A stretch of 51,422 nt of DNA, taken from NCBI GenBank assembly GCA_031411295.1, contig JANOAV010000030.1, forward strand, positions 1 to 51,422, given 5' to 3'. Positions within the stretch are counted from its first letter, which is position 1; the number at the start of each line of letters is the position of its first letter. Under the pieces are notes generated by a model, which saw only the letters and a list, made by a program, of their open reading frames with translations, did not search any database and was not told the origin of the DNA. A program made the translations under genes and the position numbers. Positions 8,547 through 19,140 of this stretch are shown piece by piece. The DNA comes from Verrucomicrobiales bacterium. GTDB taxonomy: Bacteria > Verrucomicrobiota > Verrucomicrobiia > Verrucomicrobiales > V1-33.

Positions 8547-10480
8547 TTCAAGAAACGGGTTTTGAGTTCAGCGGGATACGCAGGGTGAGATTCCAGCCAC
8601 TGGCGGGCTTCGCTCGGGGCTTCCTTCAGCCAGGCCTTGGCCGCATGCTCCAGATTGAATTCGCGATGCTGCCCGGGTGCCATCAACAAGGCGACTTCCA
8701 AGACTTGTTGCATGCTGCGCTGCTCCTCGTCGTTGTTGAAATGCATGGCGGCGGTGTCCAACAGTCCTTCGCGATATTCCCCGGGCGGGGCCTGACGCGC
8801 AATCTCCAGCACTTCCTCAGTGGCTCCGCGCAGGAGGGTGCGGCCTACATTTTGCGCCAGAGAGACAGTCTGCATGGCAGGCTCAATCCCTGCCAGCGCA
8901 GTTGCCGCGGCCTTGGGATCGTCTGCACCCCATTGTTGCAAGGCGAAACACATCTCGCTCTCCCGGTGGTGTGGATTCACTTGCTGCCGGGAAATTTCAT
9001 AGGCCACCGCAGGTCGATGATACGCGACTTCCTCCGCGAGCAAGTGCATCATTTCATCCAGCGCCTGGTCCTGATAGTGAGTCTGTAAATGTTGCACCAC
9101 TGCGGTCGGATCGCGCTGCCCCCAGAGGCTAAGCGCCATCTTGGTTACCGAGAGTTGGCGTTTGGGGTCACTGATGGATTTGGTATAATCCAACGCGGCG
9201 GCAGGACGCGCATTGGCAAGTTTGGTCAATCCATGCCAGTTGGCAATTTCCTGCCAGGGCAACGGAGAACTTGGGTTCACGTGAAATTTAGCCACCTCGG
9301 CAAAGTAAGCCACGGGATCACTGACGGCCCAGATGCTGGCGATCCCATGCCAGACGCTGCAGAGCAGGGAGTTGTCTTGCGTGAGTCCGCTGGCAGCCAC
9401 CGCGCCTTGTAAATCCAACTCCGTCCAGCGGCAGAACAAGGCTCGCACGATGGTGCCTTCGTCGGGATGCTGCCGAATGATGCCCCAGGCCCCGGACAGT
9501 TTTTCCAACGGAAGATCCGAGATGAATAGCACCAATTCCAGCAGTGCCTCGGGATCATTGCTGCGTAAAGATTTCAGCGCAGCGGAAAGATGCGCTAGCA
9601 CTGGATCGGTCATTGCCAGCGTTGGAGCCAGGTTGGCGGCTGGCACATGGCTGGTGGCTGCCGCAAGTGCAGGTTGGACCAACGCATTCGACCGCACCTG
9701 CAGTCCCACCGGAACCGCAAATGCGACCAACGAAACCAACGCCGTGAGCAACACCGATACCGAAGCTCCCGCCAACGGAGCAGCGACCGCATATGCCGCA
9801 AGGCTGGCTTTCCCGCTGGAGGTCAGGAGGGCGGCGTCCGCAAAATGCTTCGCTAATTCAGCCGAAGCTGGAGCAGTGAGTCGGTCGGTTAGGAAGGAGC
9901 CCAACATCACGGACGACATCGTCACGCCCTTCCGGCGGAGCGACCGCCCCAGCTTATCCACCGCCCGACGGATGCGCTTTTGGCAGGCGTCCTCGGAGAT
10001 CCCGGTGCTGCGGGCAATGTGAGCCATGTTCCGTTGTTCGAAGAAACGCTGCAACAACAGCGCCCGATCTCCTTCCGCCAAGGAATCCATGGCCTCGTCC
10101 AGTTGCGGGATCATTTCCTGATAGAGATGGGATTCCTCTGGAGTCATGGTTAGCATGGGAGTTAGTTCTACAGCCGCCCGTTCCAAACGTTGCCGGTAGC
10201 GACGCTCGCCTCGCACCGCATTGGCCGCCGTCAGCAAGGTGGTCCGATGCAGCCAGGCAGCCACGACCGTGTTGTTAGCGACTAACGCCGCTGCTTTCTG
10301 CGCCGCCAGACTGAAGACGGATTGGGCGATGTCCTCCCCCAGCTCAGCCTGCCCGGCACAGCGCGTGGCCACACCCAAGACCCAAGTCGCATGGCGTTGG
10401 ACAAACTCACGAAACGCCAGCTCCTCACCGCGGGTGGTGTAGGCAGCAAGCAACTCAGTGTCAGAAGGTGGCGTAATCAT
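8543..10480 (-). CDS. ECF sigma-70 factor fused to a TM segment and a long helical-repeat C-terminal extension
   Basis: SDTELLAAY...AFREFVQRH...EDIAQSVF...WLHRTT (region 2) and LLLQRFFEQRNMAHIARSTGISEDACQKRIRRA (region 4), followed by a hydrophobic segment and W..DP..A repeats. Confidence 0.88.
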   Translation of the reverse strand: MITPPSDTELLAAYTTRGEELAFREFVQRHATWVLGVATRCAGQAELGEDIAQSVFSLAAQKAAALVANNTVVAAWLHRTTLLTAANAVRGERRYRQRLERAAVELTPMLTMTPEESHLYQEMIPQLDEAMDSLAEGDRALLLQRFFEQRNMAHIARSTGISEDACQKRIRRAVDKLGRSLRRKGVTMSSVMLGSFLTDRLTAPASAELAKHFADAALLTSSGKASLAAYAVAAPLAGASVSVLLTALVSLVAFAVPVGLQVRSNALVQPALAAATSHVPAANLAPTLAMTDPVLAHLSAALKSLRSNDPEALLELVLFISDLPLEKLSGAWGIIRQHPDEGTIVRALFCRWTELDLQGAVAASGLTQDNSLLCSVWHGIASIWAVSDPVAYFAEVAKFHVNPSSPLPWQEIANWHGLTKLANARPAAALDYTKSISDPKRQLSVTKMALSLWGQRDPTAVVQHLQTHYQDQALDEMMHLLAEEVAYHRPAVAYEISRQQVNPHHRESEMCFALQQWGADDPKAAATALAGIEPAMQTVSLAQNVGRTLLRGATEEVLEIARQAPPGEYREGLLDTAAMHFNNDEEQRSMQQVLEVALLMAPGQHREFNLEHAAKAWLKEAPSEARQWLESHPAYPAELKTRFLK

Positions 10481-10712
10481 TTCATCTCAAAGTGTCCGCC
10501 AATCGCTCCGTCCGACAACTTTTTTCGAAAAAATGATCAAACTCCGGGGGCCTGAGAAACCATCGATTTTCACTGGTCCAAAGGCACCGCTTGCCACCGG
10601 GGTCTCGGACCAAAGGTTCTCCTTGCAGGTGAAAGCGATATGCTGTTAAGCCTACCTTGCACTGCCTACGGTCATACGAGACCCTGGGACCACGATTTGC
10701 TCATTATCTTCC

Positions 10713-11444
10713 ATGTGGAATCCGTTCCGATATTTATCTCGCTCAAAATCGATTCCTCGCCCGAATGTTTCCGTGCTGATGGCGACGCTCAACGCCGCTG
10801 GCAGGGTCGCGCCCAGTATCAACTCCGTGCTTTCTCAGACCGAGGTCAGCACCGAGATCATCATTTATGATGGTGGTTCCACGGATGGCACCGTAGAGGA
10901 GATTAAAGCTGCCAGCGATCAGATCGTGCTCCACTCGGAGTCGGATGCTGGGGTCTATGATGCGCTCAATAAAGCGCGCAAACTTGCCACAGGGCGGTTT
11001 GTCCTGATCTTGGGGGCGGGAGATCGCCTGCGCCCCAGAGCCCTCCAAGCGTTGCTGGCGCAGGCTCCTTCCGGGGACCGCGCCCTGCTCTATGGCGATG
11101 TTTATATGGAAGACCTGGCTTGCCGCTATGGGGGCCCGTGGGACGCGGAGCGTTTCCGGAGGGATAACCTTTGTCAGCAGGGCATCCTCTATGGGCGGGA
11201 GATCTTCGATCTACTTGGGGACTTCGATTTACAGTATCCGATCTTGGCAGATTACGCATTCAACATCCAATGCTTTGGCCACAAGCGTATTACCTGTCGC
11301 TACGTTGACTTCGTGGTGGCAGACTATGTGGGCAATGGCCTCAGCGCTAACACGCGAGACGAAGCCTTTCTCAGAGATCGCCCGCAGTTGTTGGAGCGCT
11401 ATTTGGGGCTGCCCCCCAAGCCCGCCAAACGCGTTAGCGCCTGA
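10713..11444 (+). CDS. Glycosyltransferase family 2
   Basis: VSVLMATLN, IIYDGGSTDGT, DAGVYDALNK, LGAGD and ADY motifs. Confidence 0.9.
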   Translation: MWNPFRYLSRSKSIPRPNVSVLMATLNAAGRVAPSINSVLSQTEVSTEIIIYDGGSTDGTVEEIKAASDQIVLHSESDAGVYDALNKARKLATGRFVLILGAGDRLRPRALQALLAQAPSGDRALLYGDVYMEDLACRYGGPWDAERFRRDNLCQQGILYGREIFDLLGDFDLQYPILADYAFNIQCFGHKRITCRYVDFVVADYVGNGLSANTRDEAFLRDRPQLLERYLGLPPKPAKRVSA

Positions 11445-12711
11445 TCCCCCAGCGCAGGAGCCTATCGCACACCACCGCCCGCGCTTGATATAAAATAACC
11501 CGTTCCTCCAACCTGGCCTCGGTGAACGAAGTATCCAGTTCCCGTTTCCGCAGGAGGGCATTTTCCTCCACCGCCACGGTATGAATCTGGGTCTGCGACT
11601 TCTGGGCCGCATGGACCCGAAATCCACCGAGCAGCCAGGGCACTCGCACCATGTTAGGGCTTGCTTGCTGCAGCCGCAGGATCAGATCCCAATCCATGGA
11701 GAAACGAAAACTAAGGTCCATGCCGCCGGCTTTTTCATAACAGCCCCGACGCCAGAACAACGTTTCCTGCGGGATGTAATCCGCCCATTTGGTAAACTCC
11801 ACATCATGCCGGGGCAGCGTCCAGCGCCCCACATCCCGGTCCGCCGCATCGATCAGCACCCGATGCCCATAGATGGCCTGCACCTCCGGGTGTCGGGCAA
11901 AGTAATCGCCCACAAACGCCAGCGTTCCCGGTGCCCACACGTCGTCGGAATTCAACCACGCCATGATTTCCCCCGTGGTCTTGGTAAACCCATCCGCAAT
12001 CGCAGCCGAATGCCCCTCATCCCGCCCGGACTGCCAGTGATGCAAGCGATCCGCGTAGCGAGCAATGATGTCCTGGGAGCCGTCCGTGGAGCCACCATCC
12101 ATCACCACATACTCCAGCTTAGGATACGCCTCGTCCAACACACTTTTCAGCGTCCGCTCAATAAATTCCGCCTGGTTAAATGACGGCGTCACCACGGCAA
12201 TAGTCGGCCAGCGGTCGGGGGTGGTCTTGGGCTTGGGCAGTTTATCCCACACCAGCGGCTTGCCTTCATACTGAAACAACACCCCCAGCCGCATCGAGTG
12301 CTGCCAGACCCAACGCCGCAATTTCAAGGCCAGCCAAGAATTCATTGCTTGGGGCCGATCCCGCATTTCCCACGCCAGGCCCGGGCGGCTCAGCGCATTG
12401 CCCAATTGCTCCTGCACTTGAGGCACCAAAGCCTGCCACCGCTGCTCGCTTTGCTTGAGTCGGCAGACTTCATTCTCCAAAGTTCTCACCTTCAGCTTTC
12501 GCTCCTGATGCTGACGATATTTTTCTTTCATCCGCTGCTGCAACTTCTCATGCCGTTGCTCCTTCTTGTGCAGCGTCTCCGTTAGCTCCATTACTTTTTG
12601 CCGTTGCTGCTCCAATTCCCCCAACGCGATGGTATTCAAGTCAGCAGAAGCCCCACTGCGAACTAATTGATGCAGGAGCCAATGAATGATGCGGGAGCGA
12701 AGTTTAGCCAT
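11434..12711 (-). CDS. Glycosyltransferase family 2 with N-terminal coiled coil
   Basis: IAVVTPSFNQ, VMDGGSTDGS, WLNSDD and MDWDL motifs. Q/E/K-rich heptad region at about aa 30-105. Confidence 0.9.
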   Translation of the reverse strand: MAKLRSRIIHWLLHQLVRSGASADLNTIALGELEQQRQKVMELTETLHKKEQRHEKLQQRMKEKYRQHQERKLKVRTLENEVCRLKQSEQRWQALVPQVQEQLGNALSRPGLAWEMRDRPQAMNSWLALKLRRWVWQHSMRLGVLFQYEGKPLVWDKLPKPKTTPDRWPTIAVVTPSFNQAEFIERTLKSVLDEAYPKLEYVVMDGGSTDGSQDIIARYADRLHHWQSGRDEGHSAAIADGFTKTTGEIMAWLNSDDVWAPGTLAFVGDYFARHPEVQAIYGHRVLIDAADRDVGRWTLPRHDVEFTKWADYIPQETLFWRRGCYEKAGGMDLSFRFSMDWDLILRLQQASPNMVRVPWLLGGFRVHAAQKSQTQIHTVAVEENALLRKRELDTSFTEARLEERVILYQARAVVCDRLLRWGIRR

Positions 12712-12929
12712 ATGCCGTGCGATGAAGCAGAAAAGAGTATTACCGATCTCTTAATGACTCAGAAATCCTGAATTTCAACCCAAAAGAAAACACGCAGTCA
12801 GACAGCAAGCGCGCTACTTGCCTGTGCCCGTTTCCTGTCGTCTCGACTGGTGTCATTCCATGCTTGGAAAATACTGCGGTCGAGACGACCGCAGCCCCAC
12901 AGAAGCCTGTTCATTTGGCACCAAGTCTC

Positions 12930-13276
12930 TACGCCAAAGGCGTTACGCCCTCCAGCCCTGGGTCGCCATCGCCAGATGGCTACCCAGGGTCACGGAGGTC
13001 TTTAGAACAGGAACCGCAACGCGGTTCCGCCGGGAGGATGAGCGCGGCCCTTACTAAATGCCCCGGCTAGGTAAACTAGGTAACGGAGACAAGGGGATGA
13101 TTTGGATTTTTCAGCCCTTCATTTATCTGTTATTTCTCATTCCCTTCTTCCCTGCGGATTGATCCACGCACCGGAACCGACGGAACCGCGTTGCGGTTCA
13201 TCGCTACCCGCTCGATTTCCCAGGGTAGCCCGTGCCCGGGCAACCCTGGGCTGAAGGGCGAAACGCCTTTGGCGTA
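12930..13276. repeat. Pair of ~100-bp inverted composite REP-like arms (REPIN/MITE-like)
   Basis: 12930-13028 (TACGCCAAAGGCGTT...CCCTGGG...CCCAGGG...GAACCGCAACGCGGTTCC) is mirrored by 13182-13276 (GGAACCGCGTTGCGGTTC...CCCAGGG...CCCTGGG...AACGCCTTTGGCGTA). Each arm holds three small palindromes. Confidence 0.8.
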
Positions 13277-13376
13277 ACCCCCTTCGTGATGATGGGGCTC
13301 AGTGAACGGTAATGGGCAGGATGCCTGCGTTCCTAGGGAGTGTTTGATAACATGTTACAACTGTAGGGGGAACGCC

Positions 13377-14804
13377 CTAGACCTGTTCCGGCACCACGAA
13401 AGGAGCGCGATATTCCCGTGTGAGCATCTTGTTGGCCGCAGGGTTGTCGGTGAATTGCTCGGTCTCTGGATTTAATCGCAAGGGCGTTCCCAGCGTCAGT
13501 TTCGTCTTCCGCAGATCGACCTTGTTATCCTCGAGATGGGTCGTCAGACGACCCATGCTTTCAGTCATGCCTGGGGTGTCTTTGAGCGCTGCCGCGATCT
13601 CTTCAGGGCTGTGCTGCTGGCCCAGGCGATGGGAGATATTTCCCGTGTGGCACAAGGCACTGGAGAGGTGACCTTCTAGAATATCGGCATGTAAATCTTC
13701 ATGCTTCCGACTGCGCACCGCCTTGATGAAATTGGCGAAGTGATCGTCAGACCCAGCCCATTTCTGAAGTTCCTTGCCCTCATTATCATAGGCCACTGCG
13801 GAATTGTAATCCGGCACTAACACGTGACCGCCTTCGCAATGGATGATGCATCCCACTTTGGCGTCTTGAAATTTCTCGGTGGGCAATCCCCGCACTTCGA
13901 AGAGCAAGGGAGCCTTGGCGTAGGCTTGATAAATCAGGTGGGAGTTGGCGGTCTCGCCATCGTCCTCGTAGCCCAATCGCCCGCCCACACTAAGAATTTG
14001 CGGAGCCAAGGCCATTTCCCCGAGGAACCAACGACAGATGTCCATTTGGTGAATCCCTTGATTCCCCAAGTCCCCGTTGCCGGTGTTCCAGACCCAATGC
14101 CAGTCGTAATGCAGCTTGGTGCGACGCAGCGGAAGTTTCTCCGCCGGGCCACACCAGAGATCGTAATCCACATTGCCCGGGATCGGTTGCTCACCAGTCG
14201 TCTTGCCGATGCTGGGACGCGGTTTGTAGCACAGTCCGCGCGCCATTTTGATCTTGCCCAGATTGCCCGCCTGGACCCACTCCACCGCCTGGCCAATCCC
14301 CTTGCGACTGCTGCGGCTCTGCGTGCCGGTTTGGACAATTTTGCTGTGCTTGCGGGCCGCCTTCACGATCTGCCGACCTTCCCAGACATTGTGAGAAACG
14401 GGTTTCTCCAGATAGACGTCCTTCCCTGCTTGCACGCCCCAGATGGCCCCCAAGGCATGCCAGTGATTCGGTGTCGCGATGGAAATAGCGTCGATATTTT
14501 TGGCATCCAGCAGGGCCCGGATGTCTTTGAATCCTTCCACGGAGCCTTTCGTGGCCTCGCTGACTTTCTTGACTTGAGCTTCCAACACTTTGGCATCCAC
14601 ATCGCATAGAGCCACGAGCCGGACGCCCTTCATTTTGCTGAACGCGGAAATGTGAGATCCTCCGCGGCCGCCAAAGCCCACGACGGCTATCCGGATGTCA
14701 TCGTTAGCCCCAGCCACTTGGCTGTAGCTGCGGGCAGTCCAGCTGGTGGCGGCCAAGGCGGTGGTGCTGAGGAAATGACGACGATTGATGGAATTTGATT
14801 TCAT
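13377..14804 (-). CDS. Tat-exported Gfo/Idh/MocA family oxidoreductase
   Basis: NRRHFL Tat motif, IAVVGFGGRG, IATPNHWH, YLEKP, GTQSRS, NQGIHQMD. Start set at ATG 14804. Confidence 0.92.
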   Translation of the reverse strand: MKSNSINRRHFLSTTALAATSWTARSYSQVAGANDDIRIAVVGFGGRGGSHISAFSKMKGVRLVALCDVDAKVLEAQVKKVSEATKGSVEGFKDIRALLDAKNIDAISIATPNHWHALGAIWGVQAGKDVYLEKPVSHNVWEGRQIVKAARKHSKIVQTGTQSRSSRKGIGQAVEWVQAGNLGKIKMARGLCYKPRPSIGKTTGEQPIPGNVDYDLWCGPAEKLPLRRTKLHYDWHWVWNTGNGDLGNQGIHQMDICRWFLGEMALAPQILSVGGRLGYEDDGETANSHLIYQAYAKAPLLFEVRGLPTEKFQDAKVGCIIHCEGGHVLVPDYNSAVAYDNEGKELQKWAGSDDHFANFIKAVRSRKHEDLHADILEGHLSSALCHTGNISHRLGQQHSPEEIAAALKDTPGMTESMGRLTTHLEDNKVDLRKTKLTLGTPLRLNPETEQFTDNPAANKMLTREYRAPFVVPEQV

Positions 14805-15182
14805 AGAGGACATGGGACTGGTGGTTCGACCACAGCTTTGCGAAAGAGCGGCTCTGCTGGAAGCAATTTTCACAACGTGAGCGCGGAGAGCCGATGGCAG
14901 GAGTCTCGGGAGCCACGTTCGTCGTTTCGTGATCATCGTCCTGACATTTGACACTCGCTGATTCTAGATTTAGACTCAGCAACTTATCTTATGATTAATC
15001 CGCTGACAGTTGCCTCCATGCAAGCCACCCCTTGGTGCGCTGGGCTTACTGTGGTTACAAAGCGCTACGGCCATCGCGGAGTCTTCCGACGGCAGAACCG
15101 TTTAACATAAAATAATTCTTCATTCGTTTTTTGTTACACCCTGCCACTTTTCCGAAGCTGGCAGGGTTTTTTCTTTCTTTTC

Positions 15183-16412
15183 ATGCCCTCATCAACGCTC
15201 ATTTTAGCCCAATCCGCAAAGCCGCCATCCCTCTTGGCGGAATTGCGCAGTCTGCCCAGCACCTACTGGGCGCTCTTCGTGGGGATCTTCATCAACCGCT
15301 TCGGCACCTTTGTTTACCCCTTTCTCACCATCGTGCTGACGCGTCGTCACTTTGCCGATTGGGAAATCGGCGTGGCCCTCAGCGGCTATGGCGTGGGCGG
15401 GTTGACGGCTACCTTGTTCGGCGGCTGGTTTGCGGATCGTTTTGGGCGGAAAAATACCATCATAGCCGGAACCATGGCCCATGCCTTGTGCATTCTCGCG
15501 ATGACTGGGGTCAGCACGGTTCCGATGATGCTTTTGCTAACCAGCCTGGCAGGCTTCAGCGTGGGCTTTTTCGGTCCCGCTGCGGGAGCGCTGGTGGCCG
15601 ACATTGTGCCCGCCCACCTGCAACTGCGGGCGTATGCGGCCACTAGACTAGCAGGAAATGCTGGTTTCGCCTGCGGCACGGCCCTGGGTGGACTACTGGT
15701 GAACAGCGCCCCTAACTGGTTGTTTTTTGGGGACGCCATTACCACCATCCTCTATGGCCTCGTGGCGATCTTCCTGCTCCCCCAAGGAGTCCGCGCCACC
15801 CGCCAGGAGGCCCGGTGGAGCGAGGCTTGGACCGTGATCAAAAAGGACCGGGCGTTCATTGCGTTGTTTGCCTCACAAGTCTTCGCCTCGTTGGTGTTCG
15901 CACAATTTTCCACGACTTATTCGAAGGAAATCATTCACTTGGCGATCCCCCTCACCGTGGGCACTCACGTCTTCGCGCCCGAGGAAGTTTTTGGACTGCT
16001 GGTGGGCTGGAACGGACTCATGATTGTGCTGTTCGAACTTAGCCTAACCCGGTGGGTGCAGCGTTTCTCGGAACGGCATGTCATGACGCTGGGCAATGTC
16101 CTGCTGGCCGTGGGCTTCGGTTGCAATGCCTTCGTGGAGTCGTTTGGTGGCTTCTGGGTTTGTATGACCATCTTTACGATTGGCGAAATGCTATCACTTC
16201 CGATGATCAGTGCCGCCGTGGCGAAACTGGCCCCGGATGGCATGAGAGGTCGCTACATGGGCGGACTCAGCCTGGCGTGGGCTACTGCAAATCTCATTGG
16301 TCCACAGATTGGTTTTGCGTTGTATGGCTGGCATCCGGCCACGCTCTGGGTCTCATGCGTTTGCTTTGGATTGATCGCAGCAGTGATTCAATGGCGTTAT
16401 CGCAGCGCTTAA
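15183..16412 (+). CDS. MFS transporter
   Basis: About 12 hydrophobic segments, motif A GGWFADRFGRK, and APDGMRGRYMG. Confidence 0.92.
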   Translation: MPSSTLILAQSAKPPSLLAELRSLPSTYWALFVGIFINRFGTFVYPFLTIVLTRRHFADWEIGVALSGYGVGGLTATLFGGWFADRFGRKNTIIAGTMAHALCILAMTGVSTVPMMLLLTSLAGFSVGFFGPAAGALVADIVPAHLQLRAYAATRLAGNAGFACGTALGGLLVNSAPNWLFFGDAITTILYGLVAIFLLPQGVRATRQEARWSEAWTVIKKDRAFIALFASQVFASLVFAQFSTTYSKEIIHLAIPLTVGTHVFAPEEVFGLLVGWNGLMIVLFELSLTRWVQRFSERHVMTLGNVLLAVGFGCNAFVESFGGFWVCMTIFTIGEMLSLPMISAAVAKLAPDGMRGRYMGGLSLAWATANLIGPQIGFALYGWHPATLWVSCVCFGLIAAVIQWRYRSA

Positions 16413-18166
16413 GCCAACAATTCCGGATAGAACTGCAGCGCCATGTCTTTGGTGCGATCACTGATTTTATCCGCATCCCCCAGCTTAAGACAGTCAGCCA
16501 CCAAGCGAGCGCATTGGCCCTGATCCAGTTTGCGGATGGCGTATTTCACACTGGGCAATTGGATGGGAGCCACACTGAGTTCCTCAATCCCCATGCCGAC
16601 GAGCAACGGAGTCAGTCGAATATCGCCCGCCATTTCTCCGCAGATCCCGGTCCAGATGCCGTGGTTATGAGCCGCTTGGGCCACTCCGTGCAGCAAGCGC
16701 ACGAGCGCGGGATGGCATGGTTGGTAGAGATCCGCCACCCGCTCGTTGCCCCGATCCACGGCAATCGTGTATTGGATTAAATCGTTGGTCCCGATACTGA
16801 AAAAATCCACCTCGGCAGCCAGAGAGTCGGCCATGATGGCGGCACTCGGAACCTCGATCATACAACCGATTTCGATTTTTGGATCGAAGGGGATCTGCTC
16901 GCTCATCAATTCAAACTGACAATCTTCCAGCAATCCCCGCGCAGCCCGCAGTTCCGCCAGACCGGAAATCATGGGGAACATGATTCTAATCTTTCCCGCC
17001 GTGCTGGCCCGGAGGATGGCTCGCAGTTGAGTCTTGAAAATAGTGCGTTCCGTTAAACTAACACGAATCCCCCGCCAGCCGAGAAACGGGTTACTCTCGG
17101 ACAGGCTCGAATGCATCGGGTGCAATTTATCCCCCCCAATATCCAACGTCCGAATGATGACCCCGTGGGAACCGGCCGCGGCAGCCACCGTGGCGTAGTT
17201 TGCTGCCTGCTCCATTTCGCTCGGAAACCCCTCCCGATTCAAGTAAAAGAACTCCGTCCGATACAGCCCCACGCCTTGTGCACCCACGGCATGAACGTGC
17301 TCCATCTCCCGGGCAAACTCAATGTTGGCACTGAGGATGATGCGCGTGCCATCCGTGGTCACGGCGGGCTCGTCGCGCATTTCGGCCAGATGCTTATCCA
17401 GCGCGGTTTTCTGCCGTCGGGTGATTTCGTAACCCGAGATCGTTTCCTCCGAAGGATGCACGATGACCAAACCTTCGTAGCCGTCCACGAGGCAGACATC
17501 GCCCGTATTGAGTCGGCTGCAAACTTCATGCAAGCCCACCACCGCGGGAATGCCCATGCTGCGGGCCAGGATGGCGCCATGCGAAGTCTGACTGCCAGCT
17601 TCCGTGATTAGCCCCAGGACTTTGGCCGGATCCATAGCCGCAGCGGCAGAAGGCGTTAGTTCATGGACCAGCAGAATGTGCGGACCGTCGTGGACTGCCA
17701 AATGGGCCAGGCCGGAAATGTTCCGCACCACCCGTCGGGCCACGTCCTCGATATCCAGCGTGCGCTCCCGCAGGTAGTCGTCCTTGATGTTTCGCAGCAG
17801 ATTGACATAGCGACTGGTCACAGCCCAGAAAGCACCTGCGGCGGTTTCAGGGTTATTTTGGATGCGTCCCCGCACTTCCTTCAGGAGGGACTCATCCTCC
17901 AGCATCAGCAGGTGAGCATCGAAAATGGCTGCATGCTCCGAGCCGGATTGCTTCTCAATTAGCGCCTGGAGGGCAATCAACTGATCCCGCGTGGCCGTCA
18001 GTCCATCTTCCAAGCGCTGCAGTTCCCCGGCTACTTCGCTGGCATCAATCGTCTCCGGCGGAGGTTCGGCAAAAACGTCGTTTCCAAGCACAAGGGGGCC
18101 GCGGGCCAGGCCCGGAGAAACCCCCAGGCCTACCATCCGAAATTCATGTGCTGGAAAATGAGGCAT
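16409..18166 (-). CDS. ptsI: Phosphoenolpyruvate-protein phosphotransferase (PTS enzyme I)
   Basis: GLGVSPG, GSQTSHGAILAR (phospho-His), GVGLYRTEF, IRTLDIGGDK, NPFLGWRGIR, MIEVP, FSIGTNDL, CGEMAG. Start probably ATG 18166. Confidence 0.95.
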   Translation of the reverse strand: MPHFPAHEFRMVGLGVSPGLARGPLVLGNDVFAEPPPETIDASEVAGELQRLEDGLTATRDQLIALQALIEKQSGSEHAAIFDAHLLMLEDESLLKEVRGRIQNNPETAAGAFWAVTSRYVNLLRNIKDDYLRERTLDIEDVARRVVRNISGLAHLAVHDGPHILLVHELTPSAAAAMDPAKVLGLITEAGSQTSHGAILARSMGIPAVVGLHEVCSRLNTGDVCLVDGYEGLVIVHPSEETISGYEITRRQKTALDKHLAEMRDEPAVTTDGTRIILSANIEFAREMEHVHAVGAQGVGLYRTEFFYLNREGFPSEMEQAANYATVAAAAGSHGVIIRTLDIGGDKLHPMHSSLSESNPFLGWRGIRVSLTERTIFKTQLRAILRASTAGKIRIMFPMISGLAELRAARGLLEDCQFELMSEQIPFDPKIEIGCMIEVPSAAIMADSLAAEVDFFSIGTNDLIQYTIAVDRGNERVADLYQPCHPALVRLLHGVAQAAHNHGIWTGICGEMAGDIRLTPLLVGMGIEELSVAPIQLPSVKYAIRKLDQGQCARLVADCLKLGDADKISDRTKDMALQFYPELLA

Positions 18167-18566
18167 CGGCTGATAGTAGTAGAGAGGAAATCCCAAAGGT
18201 GAAGATAAAATTTCGCCATCTTCGGGGCGGAGGCCACTTTTTTGCCTGATAACTGCCCTGTCCCCCAGCGTGGCGCGCACTTGTCGCCCGCCAGCCGCAA
18301 CGTCTCCCCGACAGTCTAACCATCCCATCGGGGCGTATCCGAACACCCTCGCTGCCATTTTAGGCAAGGAGGAGGGGCGTCCCGCCCCTCATGAAAAAGA
18401 TAAAACAAACAAGGTGGCCGAATGCCCGCCCTCAGCGCATTCGCTCATATAGTTGTAATTAAACTTAAAGACCCACACCCGATGAATCAACATCTTCTCA
18501 TCCTCGGAGCGAAACCCGCTTGCAGCCTTCCCGCTCTACAAACGCCCCCCCTCAGCTTAAATAGAT

Positions 18567-19140
18567 TTACTCAGGAGGCCGCCCCACCCGCTTCAGCCAC
18601 AGCTCAGATGGAGCAGGATCCTTCCCGCGCAACTGGCTCATCATCACACGCGCAAATTCATCGCCCACAGGTTGGTTGGCGTGGGCATGATACCACGTTT
18701 CGATGCCAACCGCATCCTGCGCTAACCAAGCCCCTACCGTGTCGTTCAGCGCTTGAAGGCGCACGCCCTTGGGCACGGCCAGGCGCGCCAGCCAGTCGGC
18801 TGCGGCTTCTGGCTGCACTGCAGACCATTGTTTTACAACCGGTGTCAGCATGTCAGAGGTAATCCATTCGGGCCGTAACTTCTGCACCCAAGCCGCCGCT
18901 CCCGGCACATTCCCCTTCGCCATGCCTTCTACCGCAGCAGAAGCCAGTTTCGTCAAGGCCGGGCGGTTGTCATCGATGGCAGTGGCCAGCAGCTTGGCGC
19001 AGGTATCAGCCACCTGGGAGGCGCCTTGCTTCACCAGCTCCGGCCCCATCGCCTTCATGAAATCCCCCTACTCCTTCGGGTCCATGCCGCTCAACAGAGG
19101 CAACGCGGTTTCCACGCCATAGGAAGCAAGTCCTTTGGAC
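18567..19140 (-). pseudogene. Fragment of a helical-repeat (W..P.AA.W) protein with an in-frame stop
   Basis: The frame of ORF 18567..19058 continues upstream through TAG at 19068-19070 (...LPLLSGMDPKE*GDFMKAM...). No plausible 5' part further upstream. Confidence 0.5.
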
